Assembly: GCF_006345805.1 (NCBI RefSeq)
Contig: NC_043001.1
Span: forward strand, 13,888,001-13,952,000
From: Octopus sinensis
Taxonomy: Eukaryota
Length of the DNA: 64,000 nucleotides
Direction of reading: 5' to 3'
The position numbers and the translations under genes are program-made. Below are positions 1-11,904 of this stretch, in pieces. Under the pieces are notes generated by a model. The model did no database searches. It was not told where the DNA came from and saw only the letters and a list, made by a program, of their open reading frames with translations. Position 1 is the first letter of the stretch; the number at the start of each line of letters is the position of its first letter.

Positions 1-325
1 GCGAACCACTTCCGTACAGTTCTTTCGGATAAAGAAACATCACCGTAAACTGCGCATATTTCTTTGGTTGCTTGTGAGGCATTTTTCCCTTTATGGAAAA
101 AGAAAAGCATCAAGTGCCGAAAATGACTTTCTTATCTTCCATTTTAAAGGGTTACAGAATTAACACAGGTTATAGGAACAGAAACCTTCTTCCACGAAAA
201 GATAGCTTAACCTGTGCTCTAAATGGAGGTGCAGTCAAATCCTATTTTATGGACTAAAACATTTTCTAAAAGAAGTCGAAAGGTAAGCTACTATAAATCG
301 GCACGAACTTTCCGGACAACCCAAT
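1..325 (-). mobile_element. Mariner element 5' end (TIR plus degraded transposase N-terminus), runs off the window
   Basis: Minus strand begins TTGGGTTGTCCGGAAAGTTCGTGCCGATTT (mariner TIR), then a frameshifted MEDKKV-HFRHLMLFFFHKGKNASQATKEICAVYGDVSLSERTVRKWF, typical of the mariner HTH N-terminus. Confidence 0.85.
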
Positions 326-374
326 TGTTGATAATTTCTAACAAACACCGTCTTCAAATGTATACGAGTATATA

Positions 375-568
375 GAGAGTGCTTAAAAGTTCCTGGTTAT
401 AAGAACATTGCGAAAGGCTTTCCGAAATCTTTTGCAGGGCTAAGGAAAACTGAAGGGCGTCTGTAATAAGTATGTGAATCTCAGAGAGGAACATGTTGAA
501 TAAAATAGTAATTAACTAATCCGTCTGTATATCTTTACCCAAAGCCAGGACATCTTCAGCACCCCCTC
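375..568 (+). mobile_element. Mariner-derived MITE (~195 bp)
   Basis: Degenerate TIRs GAGAGTGCTTAAAAGTTCCTGG and CCAGGACATCTTCAGCACCCCCTC; internal AAGTATGTGAATCTCAGAGAGGAACATGTTGAATAA resembles the mariner C-terminus; second copy at 61635-61830. Confidence 0.7.
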
Positions 569-577
569 AAAACCACA

Positions 578-609
<32 letters not shown>

Positions 610-612
<3 letters not shown>

Positions 613-857
613 ACCATCATCAGTATCTAACTCCTTACAAACTTTGTAGACGAAAGATCTGGCAGCTTTTAAAAGTCGAGATATTTCTAAATCGCTATAC
701 TCAGCTTTTATAACCACAATAACAGCATGTCTCTTCATTCCTTGAGTAAGCTGAGGGTCTGCCATTATTGTTTTCTGAAACAAAGATTATACGGAGTTAG
801 CAAAAAATGCAGCTTTGACCCCAAAATGTATGTCCTCAAATATTTTACGCACCTGTA

Positions 858-858
<1 letters not shown>
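610..858 (-). mobile_element. Tc1/mariner (maT-like) transposase 5' fragment
   Basis: ORF 556..783 contains MADPQLTQGMKRHAVIVVIKAEYSDLEISRLLKAARSFVYKVCKEL (HTH-like); TIR-like CAGGTGCG end near 858. Confidence 0.6.
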
Positions 859-939
<81 letters not shown>

Positions 940-990
940 GTATATATATATATATGGTGCGTAAGGTATTTGAAGATATATATATATATA
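859..990. repeat. (TA)n microsatellite
   Basis: Direct reading; source of the YIYI ORFs. Confidence 0.95.
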
Positions 991-1522
991 AATATACTAA
1001 GCAATAAAGGGTTTAGCAACGAATTGCCTTACCACATACCGAATTTAGAAATAGCAGTCAAAGAGTTATAGCTATTCTTCTACTAAAAAGGGAGATCTCA
1101 GTAAAAACAGCTTGGAAGGCAGACACAAACAGGTAAGAGAGAATGAATTGACGGCAATCTATCATACAATTTTAAGTTATCTACGGACGCACGTTTCGAA
1201 ATCAAGTTTTTAGGAAAGCATAAGAATTAAATATTAAATAATTCTACCTTACCAAAACTTCTTTTCTCTTCAGCGTAGAATACTATAATCATAAATGATT
1301 ATATATTGAATTTTGAGATACTAGAAGGCACCAACTCAACTCAGTATCAGAGCGAGCTAGAATCCGCAACTAGTATCACCAAATTCAATGTGTGAATGAA
1401 AAGATTGTGTCACCAGCCCCTTCCCACCCGCGTGTAGCCAAAACAAGATGCTGTGGTCATCTACTGAGATAAAATATGGTTATCCGTAATAATGAAGTGT
1501 ATATATATATATATATACATAC

Positions 1523-1574
<52 letters not shown>

Positions 1575-1576
<2 letters not shown>

Positions 1577-1745
1577 TTCAATTTGACGACTCCACTAGAA
1601 TGGACGAAAGCGCTAATATATGATATACGATGTATAAAAACATGTAACATACAATAAATATCTGTAAATATAAAACCATCCGAACTTCTGAATACCTCTT
1701 CCTTCTAATATAAAATTACCTGTACATCATCTCCAAGCCTTCTAA
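1575..1745 (+). mobile_element. Penelope-like pseudo-LTR, family P2, with variant hammerhead-like motif at 1583-1615
   Basis: TTGACGA-CTCCA-ctagaa-TGGAC-GAAA-GCGCT-A followed by ~130 bp shared with 13625-13790 and 19188-19302. Confidence 0.6.
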
Positions 1746-1842
1746 CACACACACACGCACACACACACACATACACACCACACACACACATATATATATA
1801 TATTATATATAATATATATTATATTATATATATATATATATC

Positions 1843-1878
<36 letters not shown>

Positions 1879-1984
1879 AAGTAAAAAAAAGTACTGGTTG
1901 TCTGGCATGGTTTGTCCGATGTTACATATATCGGACGGGTATGTTTGATTCTTAGTACTTTCAAATCTAAATCAGAAGAAATCT

Positions 1985-2045
1985 CTGAGCTGATGAAGGA
2001 AATGTTCGTGTTTAACCCACGAATCAAGAAACAGGCTGTCCTCGG
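1985..2045 (+). ncRNA. Type I hammerhead ribozyme-like motif (stem II base degenerate) in a PLE-like repeat (~1940-2200)
   Basis: Stem I CTGAG/CTCGG; core CTGATGA; stem II contains TTCGTG/CACGAA; GAAA; stem III ACAG-g-CTGT; cleavage triplet GUC (2038-2040). Confidence 0.6.
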
Positions 2046-3021
2046 GTATTTTATATGGATGTGATCTTTCGTTGTTTTTCCCTTATACCTATGTGAGTTA
2101 TTTCTGAGTATGCATTGTCTGGGAGACCTTTTCTTGCAGTTGAAGAAATAGCCAAATTTTTGGCTGCTATTTCTAAAAAGCTCGGTGTGTGGTGTAAAGT
2201 AAATTTTTTTACTTTACCCTATTTTTATAAATTAATACTTCAAATATACCGTAAATGGTCTTTTTACATACCGAACACTGCTCGGTCGAATTGATTAATA
2301 ATTAATTAATTCTACCCTTTTTTATTGACTATATATATATACATATGTGTGTGTGTGTGTGTGCATCTATCTGTTTCTTCACTATAGGAGATCAAACTAT
2401 TAACATAATGACCAGTTCTGAACTCCAAATTAGAAAGGCGTTATTTAATTTGTATTTTCGTGCAGTAATTCATTAGTAAATGCATAATTGCTTGAATATT
2501 GCCAATAGCGTACTTAGTGGAATGTAAATAAACATTATTACAGGAAGGGATTAAATCTTTCTCCCTTAATTTATATAATTTCCTTTAAGACAAATCTAAA
2601 TAAAGTGATTAGATTCGCACAATTTATTGACACTTATTTTAAGTTTTAATTAAATTTAAGCAAATATTTATGCAACAGTTTTAAAATCTGCAACTTTATT
2701 TTTTCTCATGAATATATATCTTTTACCCAGTAATAATCGGCGCCTGTTTTATATGTGTAAATTAAATGCTGAAGTAAACCGTAATTCTTTAGGTCCCCCA
2801 TCACCATCTTCTATGAAAAGGAAACTCATTATTTTTCTCATAAAATCTTAACACCCAATTCCAAATAATACCAGACTGCCAGATCACGTAGCTGTCTGTT
2901 TCTATGTTCTACCTAACCTCGAAGATTATCTGCTCGCTATGATCTGAAGTTGATGCTCCTATAACATTTCATGCTCGTTAAGCTCTGCGATAGTATCACC
3001 AATGGAAAATATATGCCTATG

Positions 3022-3060
<39 letters not shown>

Positions 3061-3167
3061 ATATGAAATTGTGTGTGTGTATATACATACATATATGCCA
3101 TTATAGATCGTTAGCTACTACACACATTTTTTCTCTCCTTGTTTCTCTCCTTGTATTTTCTGTGTAC

Positions 3168-3203
3168 CTTTCTGTAGAAGAGCGTAGGCTCGAAACGTAA
3201 AAG
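3168..3203 (+). ncRNA. Minimal type I hammerhead-like motif with CUGU-N-GA core, in PLE pseudo-LTR family P1 (~3095-3295)
   Basis: CTTT-CTGTAGA-A-GAGC-gtag-GCTC-GAAA-C-GT-A-AAAG: stems I and II pair, palindromic ACGT stem III, A6 replaced by U. Confidence 0.55.
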
Positions 3204-3949
3204 ACTTTTTCTATTCCTGAGCGCTATACTAATACATGTTTGTTTTGTACACCACCTGTCTTCGTCTTTTGTTTTTTTTTTTCGTAATCTTTCCTACATA
3301 TATAAATATATATATAATAAAAAAGTGAATAAACTACAGAAGGCTTGTGTAATATGGTTAAAGAATATATTTAAGTGGTTATGTTAAAAAAATGTTATAA
3401 AACTTTGTGTATAGTAACATAAGTTTTGGGAGAAATAACCGGTTTCGTATTTTCTTTTCAAATTTCTCAAATTTCTTTACCTACATCGTGTCATGTCTTC
3501 GCTATGTTGTGAAATATGGAATTCCAGGCAGGGGAAGGTAATCAGGGATTTTTTACGGTATAAAGGAGATAATCCTAAAAGATGGCGATACTGAAGGAAC
3601 TGGTGTTTTCGCATCTTTTTACCATAAGAGAGATTTCTTCTACACGGTAACCGCAGTGTGTTTGCCTTTAGCAGTTGAAATATGTGAAGAACACATTTCA
3701 ACTAACCTATATTTTGCTCATACCTAAACACTGCTTTGCGCCAATGATTCGTTATTTATCTCGATCAGGCGATCTACTAACGCCAGTCAACACATTGACT
3801 GAATTATCTATAAAGCTACATGCTTTATTTAGTTCATTCAGAGTCACATCCCTTAGGTACATCTCATTGACAAGAGTAAGAAAACTCGAAACATCGATGT
3901 CTGAGATTCGGAACAGATGCCTACACCGAAAGAACTTGTTTTCACATCA

Positions 3950-4637
3950 TCTATATATATATATCTCTTATTATAAAAGGCAGATTTTATCTGCCTCCCT
4001 TTGTAATTTATAGAAATCTACAATATAGGATTTCTTCAATTACAATTTACCTAGCATTTTTAAGAGTAGAGTGCATCGGGTCATGCCAGGTCCGGTTTTT
4101 AAAATTTCAACCCCAATTAAGCAAAATTTAGAGAAAACTCACATTCTGGTGTATATGTCAAATGTTTTTATTAATGTGGGATACACCACACGCAAACGCA
4201 CACACACACAAAGGGAGCGACTGTTTCACTGACGCTATCACCCTTCTCCTCCTTTGTCTTTGCAAGTTTGCAGCTATTAAAGTGAAAACAGTGAATCCGA
4301 CAGCGATTAAGAAAATGAATTGGTACCTGAATGGAGTGAAAATTTAAAAACTGTTTCTTTCGGTGATTTTTCTGAAGAAACTGCACCAAGCCACAGACTT
4401 TCCCAGAAGAGTAACTTTCTGATACCCATAATAATATTTATGGTAAAATAGGCTTTAATTTAATTTAAGGTTGTGGGAAATAACAAACTATCCTTTCTTT
4501 CGCTTTGTTTACGTTTAGCGTAATGATTTCAAATAGGCTCATTCGAAAAAGTAAAAAGAAATAGTTTAAGGCTCTCTAAAAATGCTTATATAGTTATTTC
4601 CCTTACAAACCCGAGCAACGCCGGGCGATACTGCTAG
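3950..4637 (+). mobile_element. Non-autonomous Helitron A
   Basis: 5' TCTATATA preceded by A; 3' hairpin CCCG-agcaacgc-CGGG then CTAG; last ~70 bp shared with 19480-19848 and 30150-30543. Confidence 0.85.
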
Positions 4638-5003
4638 TATATATATATATATAAACGGCAAATGTCTGCGTGTGTGTCCATTATACATATCCACAATTTT
4701 CCATTTAGAGGGCTCGCATTTTTATGGTCATTCAAAACCGTCCAAGGGTGGTCGTGCACATCTTTACATTTCCCCAGTCACCCCCACAAAGCCATTAAAA
4801 AATCAATAAGTGACTTTTTTGTGAATTTTCTATCCAAAACCCAATCAAAATGCCCGAAACTTGATACGCCAATTGAATGCCAGCTAGCAGCTCTAAGTGG
4901 TTGGTCGGAGATTTGGACAGTACTTGCGTGTATGTGCGCACGCTCGCAGCTGTATATGCATGCACTAGCACTATGACCCGGCAACGCCGGGTCATAGTGC
5001 TAG
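4638..5003 (+). mobile_element. Non-autonomous Helitron B, directly abutting Helitron A
   Basis: 5' (TA)nAAACGGC as in the 19.5 kb copy; perfect terminal palindrome 4964-5004 ending in CTAG followed by T. Confidence 0.8.
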
Positions 5004-5644
5004 TTTTACCATAAGAGAGATGATTTTTTTCTTCTCGGTAACTGCTGTGTATTTGCCTTTAGAAGGTGAAATACGTAGCAAACATATTTCAATTAACCTC
5101 AATTGTGCTCATAGCCAATGCTTAAGAGCTTGTTTGCCGACAACATACAAATGGTTGGTATAGAAACCTGGGAGGTAAAATAATCTATCAAATTTGTTAA
5201 TCAATATACAAGATTCACAGAAGGTGGCGAGCTGATAGTAACATTAGCACGTAAGAGAAAATTCTTGGCGGCATTACGTCTGTCTTTACGTTTTGAGTTC
5301 AAATGCCACCGAAGCGGATTTTGCCATTCATCCTTTTGAGGTCAATAATATAAATAGCAGTTGACTACTGGGGTTTATGTAATCGAAATTTCTCCCTCCT
5401 CCGAAACTGTTCACCTTGTGCCAGAATTTGAAACCAATATATAAGATTCACTTCATCCCATTTCAAAATATTGGAATAATTTTCAAACGATTATAAGCGC
5501 TACTAAACTCGAAATTCGATAGCAGCTTTGGTCGCAAATTGAAAATACTAGGAAGATTATAAGAATAGATAGACATAGTTTAGTACAATGCAGGTTTCGG
5601 GTACAAAAAGACTGTCAAATTATATGTGCCTCACATGATGATAT

Positions 5645-5955
5645 CACCGCGATCACCGTGACCGATCAGGCTGTCAGATGTTGCTACACAACGCTGGTCA
5701 CAATGCGCTTCGCATTGTTTTAGCTTTCAAATGACGCCATCCCGTTGGCTAAGCGAGCAGGCCAACAGATGAAAGAGTGAGAGAAAGTTGTGGCGAAAGG
5801 GTTCAGCAGGGATCGCCATCACCCCCTGCCGGAGCTTCGTGGAGCTTTTAGGTGATTTCGCTCATTAAACACACACAACGTCCAGTCTGGGAATCGAAAC
5901 CGTGACCCTCCGACCGCGAGTCCGCTGCCCTAACCACTGGGCCATTGCGCCTCCA
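5645..5955 (-). mobile_element. SINE family A (tRNA-Arg-like head, OR1/OR2-like)
   Basis: Head GTGGAGGCGCAATGGCCCAGTGGTTAGGGCAGCGGACTCGCGGTC...GGTTTCGATTCCC (box A/B, TCG anticodon-like); 13-bp TSD CACATGATGATAT at 5632 and 5956. Confidence 0.85.
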
Positions 5956-6186
5956 CACATGATGATATAGATATAATTTGCCTGCACATCAGGTGCATAG
6001 CTGCTAATTATGTGACTGTCCTATTCTTCTGCTCTTCCTCGCCTTTCGTCTGATATTTATTACAATCAACATCATCACACACACACACACACACACACAC
6101 AACACACACACATTTATCAGCATCAACCGGCGACTGTATTAAAAGACACTCAACCAAATTTTACACGCAGCAGGGGCCAAAGTCAC

Positions 6187-6329
6187 CTCGTTACAAAATG
6201 AATTTGTGAAGCACTTCGTTCAACATGGTTTATTGATTTATCCGCCGGCATTAATAGAAATTTTCCCGATAGTTTCAGGTACTCGATTACCACACCACGA
6301 TTTAAAGCAGTATTATGGCTCCATCTTTT
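6187..6329 (-). CDS. Candidate exon 3 of an unidentified minus-strand gene
   Basis: tttaatag|AAA...ACG AG|gtgact; open in phase 0 (KRWSHNTALNRGVVIEYLKLSGKFLLMPADKSINHVERSASQIHFVT); no recognised homology. Confidence 0.2.
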
Positions 6330-6829
6330 CTATTAAATGCCGGAAATTGCTAGAATTCAGCAACAACTTATATGACATCGGAACATATTACTCGCTAGAT
6401 GCAATTTTACTCTGGAAATTATGGAAAGCCGTTGTGATTGTTTACCTCTGTTTCTTTTGATTGATCAGTACCTATTTAAAGTGCATTATATCCATAGACG
6501 ACTGTCCTCTGTTTTCTTATATATTTGCTGCTGTATTATTTATTATAAGCATCGGAAGTGGTTTTTAATTGAAATAGCAATCACGCATTATATAGACACA
6601 ACGTTAAGGCGGCTCGTTGGCAGAATCGTTAGCACGCCGGGCAAAATGCTTCGCGGCATTTCATCCGTCTTTACGTTCTGAGTTCAAATTCGACCGACGT
6701 CAATTGTACCTTTTATCCTTTCGGGGATCGAGAAAATGAGTATCCATTGAGCAGCAGGGTCGAGGTAATTGACCCTTATCCTTTCTTCCAAACTTGCTGG
6801 ACAAGCCCAAAACCTGAAACCAGTATACA

Positions 6830-7070
6830 TTGGATTGGTGAATAATTATGGCGGGTTTTTTTTTCAGCAAATTTTATTCAAGAGAAGCAATGACATGTAA
6901 CAAAAACATCTTTAAATCATTATTTCGGAGCATATTCACCATCTACTGCTTCCCATTTGCTTGGCAGGCGGTCACACTGTCATTTAGAGATGTTTTTATT
7001 AAATATTGTTATTACTTTTGTTGAATAAAAATTTATTGAAAAAAGCCGCAATAATTATGCACCCACCCGA
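6830..7070. mobile_element. Mariner-type MITE (~240 bp)
   Basis: TIRs TTGGATTGGTGAATAATTATGGCGG and CCGCAATAATTATGCACCCACCCGA; same internal sequence as 56499-56725. Confidence 0.8.
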
Positions 7071-7171
7071 TAGAGAGATAGATAGAGATAGAGAGAAAGA
7101 TAGACAGAGAGAGAAAGGTAGATAGATAGAGAGAGAGAGAAAGGGAGAGAGAGAGATAGATAAATAGGTAG

Positions 7172-7202
<31 letters not shown>

Positions 7203-7474
7203 TAACGTAGATATGCAATATTTGCATTGTTGTTACTGCATTGTCTTGAGATAACATTTCCTGTGGACATGTTCAATTAAAAGCACAGTAAATAACCGGA
7301 GGGTCTCTTCAATGTTCATAAGAGATGTTACCTCAAAACAAATAGACCAGTAATTGTCCTTACATGAGTGTATATACACTGAGCGAAAAGAGAAAAAAAA
7401 CAAACACTTCGCCGTTTACGAAGATGAATATTCTGATTGATCCAATCAATGAAACACCCTCCTTGTGAAATTAC

Positions 7475-7533
7475 CTTGCAAGTGGCTGTGAACTCTACAA
7501 ATGCGTATCCTTGAAATAGTTTGCAGAGAGGTT
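7475..7533 (-). CDS. Candidate exon 2 (59 nt)
   Basis: ttttgtgtcacacag|AA...AAG|gtaatt; encodes (E)PLCKLFQGYAFVEFTATCK; phase matches candidate exons 1 and 3. Confidence 0.25.
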
Positions 7534-7589
7534 CTGTGTGACACAAAATTTGAAAAAGCTGGCTCTTTGAATTACCGATACAACCCATG

Positions 7590-7985
7590 TTTCCTTTCTA
7601 TTATAGTCCTAGGCCTGAGGTTTTGGGGAAGGGGACTAGTCTATTACATTGACCCCAGAATTTCACTAGTAATTAATTCATCGACCCCGAAAGCATGAAA
7701 GGAAAGGTCGACCTCGGCGGAATTTGAACTCAGAACGTAGCGACGAGTGAAATACCTTTTTCGTTACTACCCTCAAGGGGCTAAACACAGAGAGGACAAA
7801 CAAGGACAGACAAAGGATTAAGTCGATTACATCGACCCCAGTGCGTAACTGGTACTTAATTTATCGACCCCGAAAGGATGAAAGGCAAAGTCGACCTCGG
7901 CGAAATTAGAACTCAGAACGTAATGGCAGACGAAATACCGCTGAGCATTTCGCCCGGCGTGCTAACGATTCTGCCAGCTCACCGC
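7590..7985 (-). mobile_element. SINE family C tandem array (Deu/Nin-domain-like)
   Basis: Head GGCGGTGAGCTGGCAGAATCGTTAGCACGCCGGGCG; repeated GCCTTTCATCCTTTCGGGGTCGATAAATTAAGTACC body. Confidence 0.85.
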
Positions 7986-8214
7986 CTTGGTACAACTCGT
8001 GTTTGCCAGCAGAGTGGATGGAGTAATACGAAATAAAATGCCTTGCTCAATGATGGAAGGCGCCACCATGAATCAAACTCCCGATCCTGAGCCAAAGATA
8101 CTAAGCTACGAGTCTTCACTCCTCTTTGTACAATTTTATGACTATCGGAAGAATACATTTTCAATTTTTTTCCCTTTTGAAGGTTGTAAGATTTGGCTGC
8201 TGTCTTTGGCATAC

Positions 8215-8275
8215 CTGTTCTCACGCCGTGCGGTAAATTATGTTCTTCATTGCTGAACTCATTTCTCTCGTTCAT
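8215..8275 (-). CDS. Candidate first coding exon
   Basis: ATG at 8275, MNERNEFSNEEHNLPHGVRT, donor ACAG|gtatgc; YY1-like CCAAAATGGCGC just upstream (8280-8291). Confidence 0.25.
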
Positions 8276-9224
8276 AAATGCGCCATTTTGGAAAACAAAA
8301 GAACATGAATTTTTTTTTCTATGATTGTATTCTATGGATGATTAAAATTGTGATTAGAGTAAACATGCTTCGAAACTAATAAAGACTTCGAATAAATTAG
8401 AGGCTTCTGACGCTTATTTTTCAATGTAAACTGTTGTGCTTACATTTATTCTGAAATATTTTTCATATAATTAAGAACGACGATATTTTTTTCCCTACAA
8501 ACGTGATTATACTGGCGTGATTAATTATAAAGATATTCGCTTACTATAAGTTGTGCAAGTTGGGAAAATATTTGTGGAATACCGAAAGGAATGTGCAGAC
8601 GCTACCTCGGAGATGGTAATATATTTGAGGACAATGCGTTATGTAAAAGAAAAAGCAAATGGAATTTTATTGTGATATATCTATTGCTTGTTTCAGGCAT
8701 TGGACTGTGGCCAAGCTGGGGCACTGACTTGAAGGATTTTAGTTTAACAAATATTTTCCAGTACTTTTTAAAGTTTGATGTTTATTCTACCGCCTCTATT
8801 GCCGAACCGCTGCGTTACACCGAGGGAAGCAAACCACCGCTGCTTTGAAGCAGGTGGGGGAACACACGCAGGCACCGCCCCCCGCCGCACACATATATAT
8901 ATATGATACATACATGCATATTGTGTATGTATGTATATGATATATATAAACTCTTTGTTTCAGTCATTTCACTGCAGCTATGATGGAGCACTGCCTTTAG
9001 TCGAATAAATCGACTCCAGGACTAATACTTTGTAAGCCTAGTACTTATTCTATTGGTCTCTTTTGACGAACCGCTAAGTTAGGTGGACTTAAATACACCA
9101 CCATCGGTTGTGAGGCGATGGTATGGGAACACATACACACACATACATACATACATACATATATACATACATACATGTGTATATATATACGACGGTTTTC
9201 TTTTAGTTTCCGGCAGATTTCCAA

Positions 9225-9996
9225 GATATAGCTGCCCTTCACCAGATCATCACACATCCTTCACGTTTAACAGTTGGAAGAAGACAGTCTGTGCTTCTTT
9301 TGGATGTTTCCACACGTATACGCGGCCAGTGGTCGGAAATAAGGTAAATGATGATTCGTCCGAGAAAATGACATTCTTCCACTGCTTTAGATACCAATTC
9401 TGTAGGTTTTACTCCACTCAAAACGCTTTGCAACGTTTGTTTATGAAAGTAGTGGTTTTCTGACTGCAGCCTTTCCGTATAATCCGGCTTTGTGCAGCTC
9501 CCAGCGATCGGTTTCTTTTCTGGAAACTGGATTCTCGAGGTGGTCATTAAGCTCTCCAGTAATTTTGGGAGCTATACTTTTGTGATCCTTTCTAACAATT
9601 CGCATAAGAATCTAACGGTCCCTATCTGAATGTTTTGGTTTTCTTCTTGAGTTTTGTTTCGACGAGGAGGTTTTTCCCTCTTTCTCAAAGGCCGTCATTA
9701 CTTTCGAAACATTACTTCTTGATACACCAAACATTTCGATTGTTTTCGTTACGCTAGCGCCTGCCATACGAGCACCAACAATTTGACCTCTTTGAGAATC
9801 CGATAGATCTGCCGTTTTCATGAATTTTAATTACCTTTTTCTGATGATATCTGAAACGAAACAGCAATTTTAGCAAGAACATATTAAACAACACTAATCA
9901 TAATTGAAAAAAACAAAAATAAACAAGCTTTTTATGGTTTTATATATATTTAAAAATTATGATGCTAGGTGTTTCCATTATCTTGTCCAACCCCTG
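9225..9996 (-). mobile_element. Tc1 element, 5' half, with degraded transposase
   Basis: TIR CAGGGGTTGGACAAGATAATGGAAACACC with flanking TA; MKTADLSDSQRGQIVGARMAGASVTKTIEMFGVSRSNVSKVMTAFEKEG...; stops and frameshifts downstream. Confidence 0.9.
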
Positions 9997-10009
9997 TATA
10001 TATATAAAG

Positions 10010-10340
10010 GGTAAAGACCCCCTTCGGTCATGAATGACCATGGGATTGCACCTAGAAAGTTACCCTCCTAGACACAAGTCCGGGCAAGGTTGTTTATGGA
10101 AGACCAGCAGTCGCCCATGCATACTGGCCTCCCCTCTCCACGCCACCAGTGTTATCCAAGGGAAAGACAAAGGCCGATACAGCTTGGCACCTGTGACGTC
10201 GCAACTCATTTCTACAGTTGAGTGAACTGGAGCAACGTGAAATAAAGTGCCTTGCTCAAGAAACAACACGCAGCCCGGTCCGGGATTCGAGCTCACAATC
10301 TCACGATCGTAAGCTCGACGCTCTAACAACTGAGCCATGC
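10010..10340 (-). mobile_element. SINE family D (tRNA head plus CORE-like segment)
   Basis: GCATGGCTCAGTTGTTAGAGCG...CTCGAATCCCGG head, then TTGAGCAAGGCACTTTATTTCACGTTGCTCCAGTTCACTCAACTG; related remnants at 7990-8110, 29240-29400 and 47043-47245. Confidence 0.7.
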
Positions 10341-10344
10341 GCCT

Positions 10345-10663
<319 letters not shown>

Positions 10664-10954
10664 GAGGCCCGACAAAGGGTTCGGTTTTTCAAATTCAGTT
10701 ACATGACTGCGTTCGGCTTGGGGTTATGGCAGTGAACATTTGCCTAATGTGAAGCAAAGTGAGACTGAACCAGAAACCTCATGGTTAAAAAGCAAGCTTC
10801 TGATCCGCACACCCATGCCAGCACTAATATAATGGGAAATTATAAAATGTTATACTTTGAACGAATCTTAGTTATCAATGCGTTGCAGAAGAGAACGAAG
10901 TGATGCATTCATATATAGTAGCAGGAAATGCATTCACATATATACATATTTCTT

Positions 10955-11520
10955 CATTGCCCACAGGGGACTAAACATAGATGGGATAAAGAAGGACAGG
11001 CAAAAGGGTCAAGTCGATTACATCGACCCAAGTGCTAAAGGATGAAAGGGAAAGTCGACCTCGGCGGAATTTGAACTCTGAACGTAACGTTAGACTAAAG
11101 ACCGCAAAGCATTTCGCCCGGCGTGCTAACGATTCTTATTTCTTTACTGCCTACAGGGGGCTACACACAGAGGGGACAAACAAGGACAGGCAAACGGGTT
11201 AAGTCGATTGTATCGACCCCAGTGCGTAACTGGTACTTATTTAATCGACCCCGAAAAGATGAAAGGCAAAGTCGGTCTCGGCCGAATTAGAACTCAGAAC
11301 ATAGCGACAGACGAAATACTCATTTCTTTACTACCCGCAAGGGGCCAAGCACAGAGAGAACAAACAAGGACAGGCAAACGGGTTAAGTCGATTGTATCGA
11401 CTCCAGTGCGTAACTGGTACTTATTTAATCGACCCCGAAAGGATGAAAGGCAAAGTCGACCTCGGCGGAATTTGAACACAGAATGTAAGGGCAGACGAAA
11501 TACGGCTACGCATTTCGCCC
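10955..11520 (-). mobile_element. SINE family C multimer (3-4 units)
   Basis: Repeated ~190-bp units joined at AAAGAAAT/GAGTATTTCG-type junctions. Confidence 0.85.
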
Positions 11521-11904
11521 AGCTCACAGCAACAAAATATACCACTAAATCTGCACGTAATATAAAAATTTGCTGTGTAGTGAAATTCCACTCAGTCATA
11601 AATGGATTAAAACCACATTGATAGGAATTGTTTTAGACGTGCAGAATCAATACAGACAATTATCGATTAAAAAGAAAGGTTATCGAATTAAAAGCAACCA
11701 TCAAACCACAGGATTCCTTTGAAAAATGTTAACTGTTCATTAACTTTTGAAATAAGTTTGTGATTTACAGAAAAGTCATAACGCACAATTGTTATTTGTT
11801 TTGTCAGTTAATCTCAGATGTGTGCAAAATAACAAAATCCGAAAAGGATTCTAGTGGGTTTGCTGTATATTAAGAATTCCTGTAAACTAAAGCGGTGAGC
11901 TGAC

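Noticed and set aside
11208-11621. Recurrent ORFs such as MKGKVDLGGI and RRGRLCLSSF (also 34258, 37602, 53406, 59318)
   Set aside because: Chance translations of SINE C sequence
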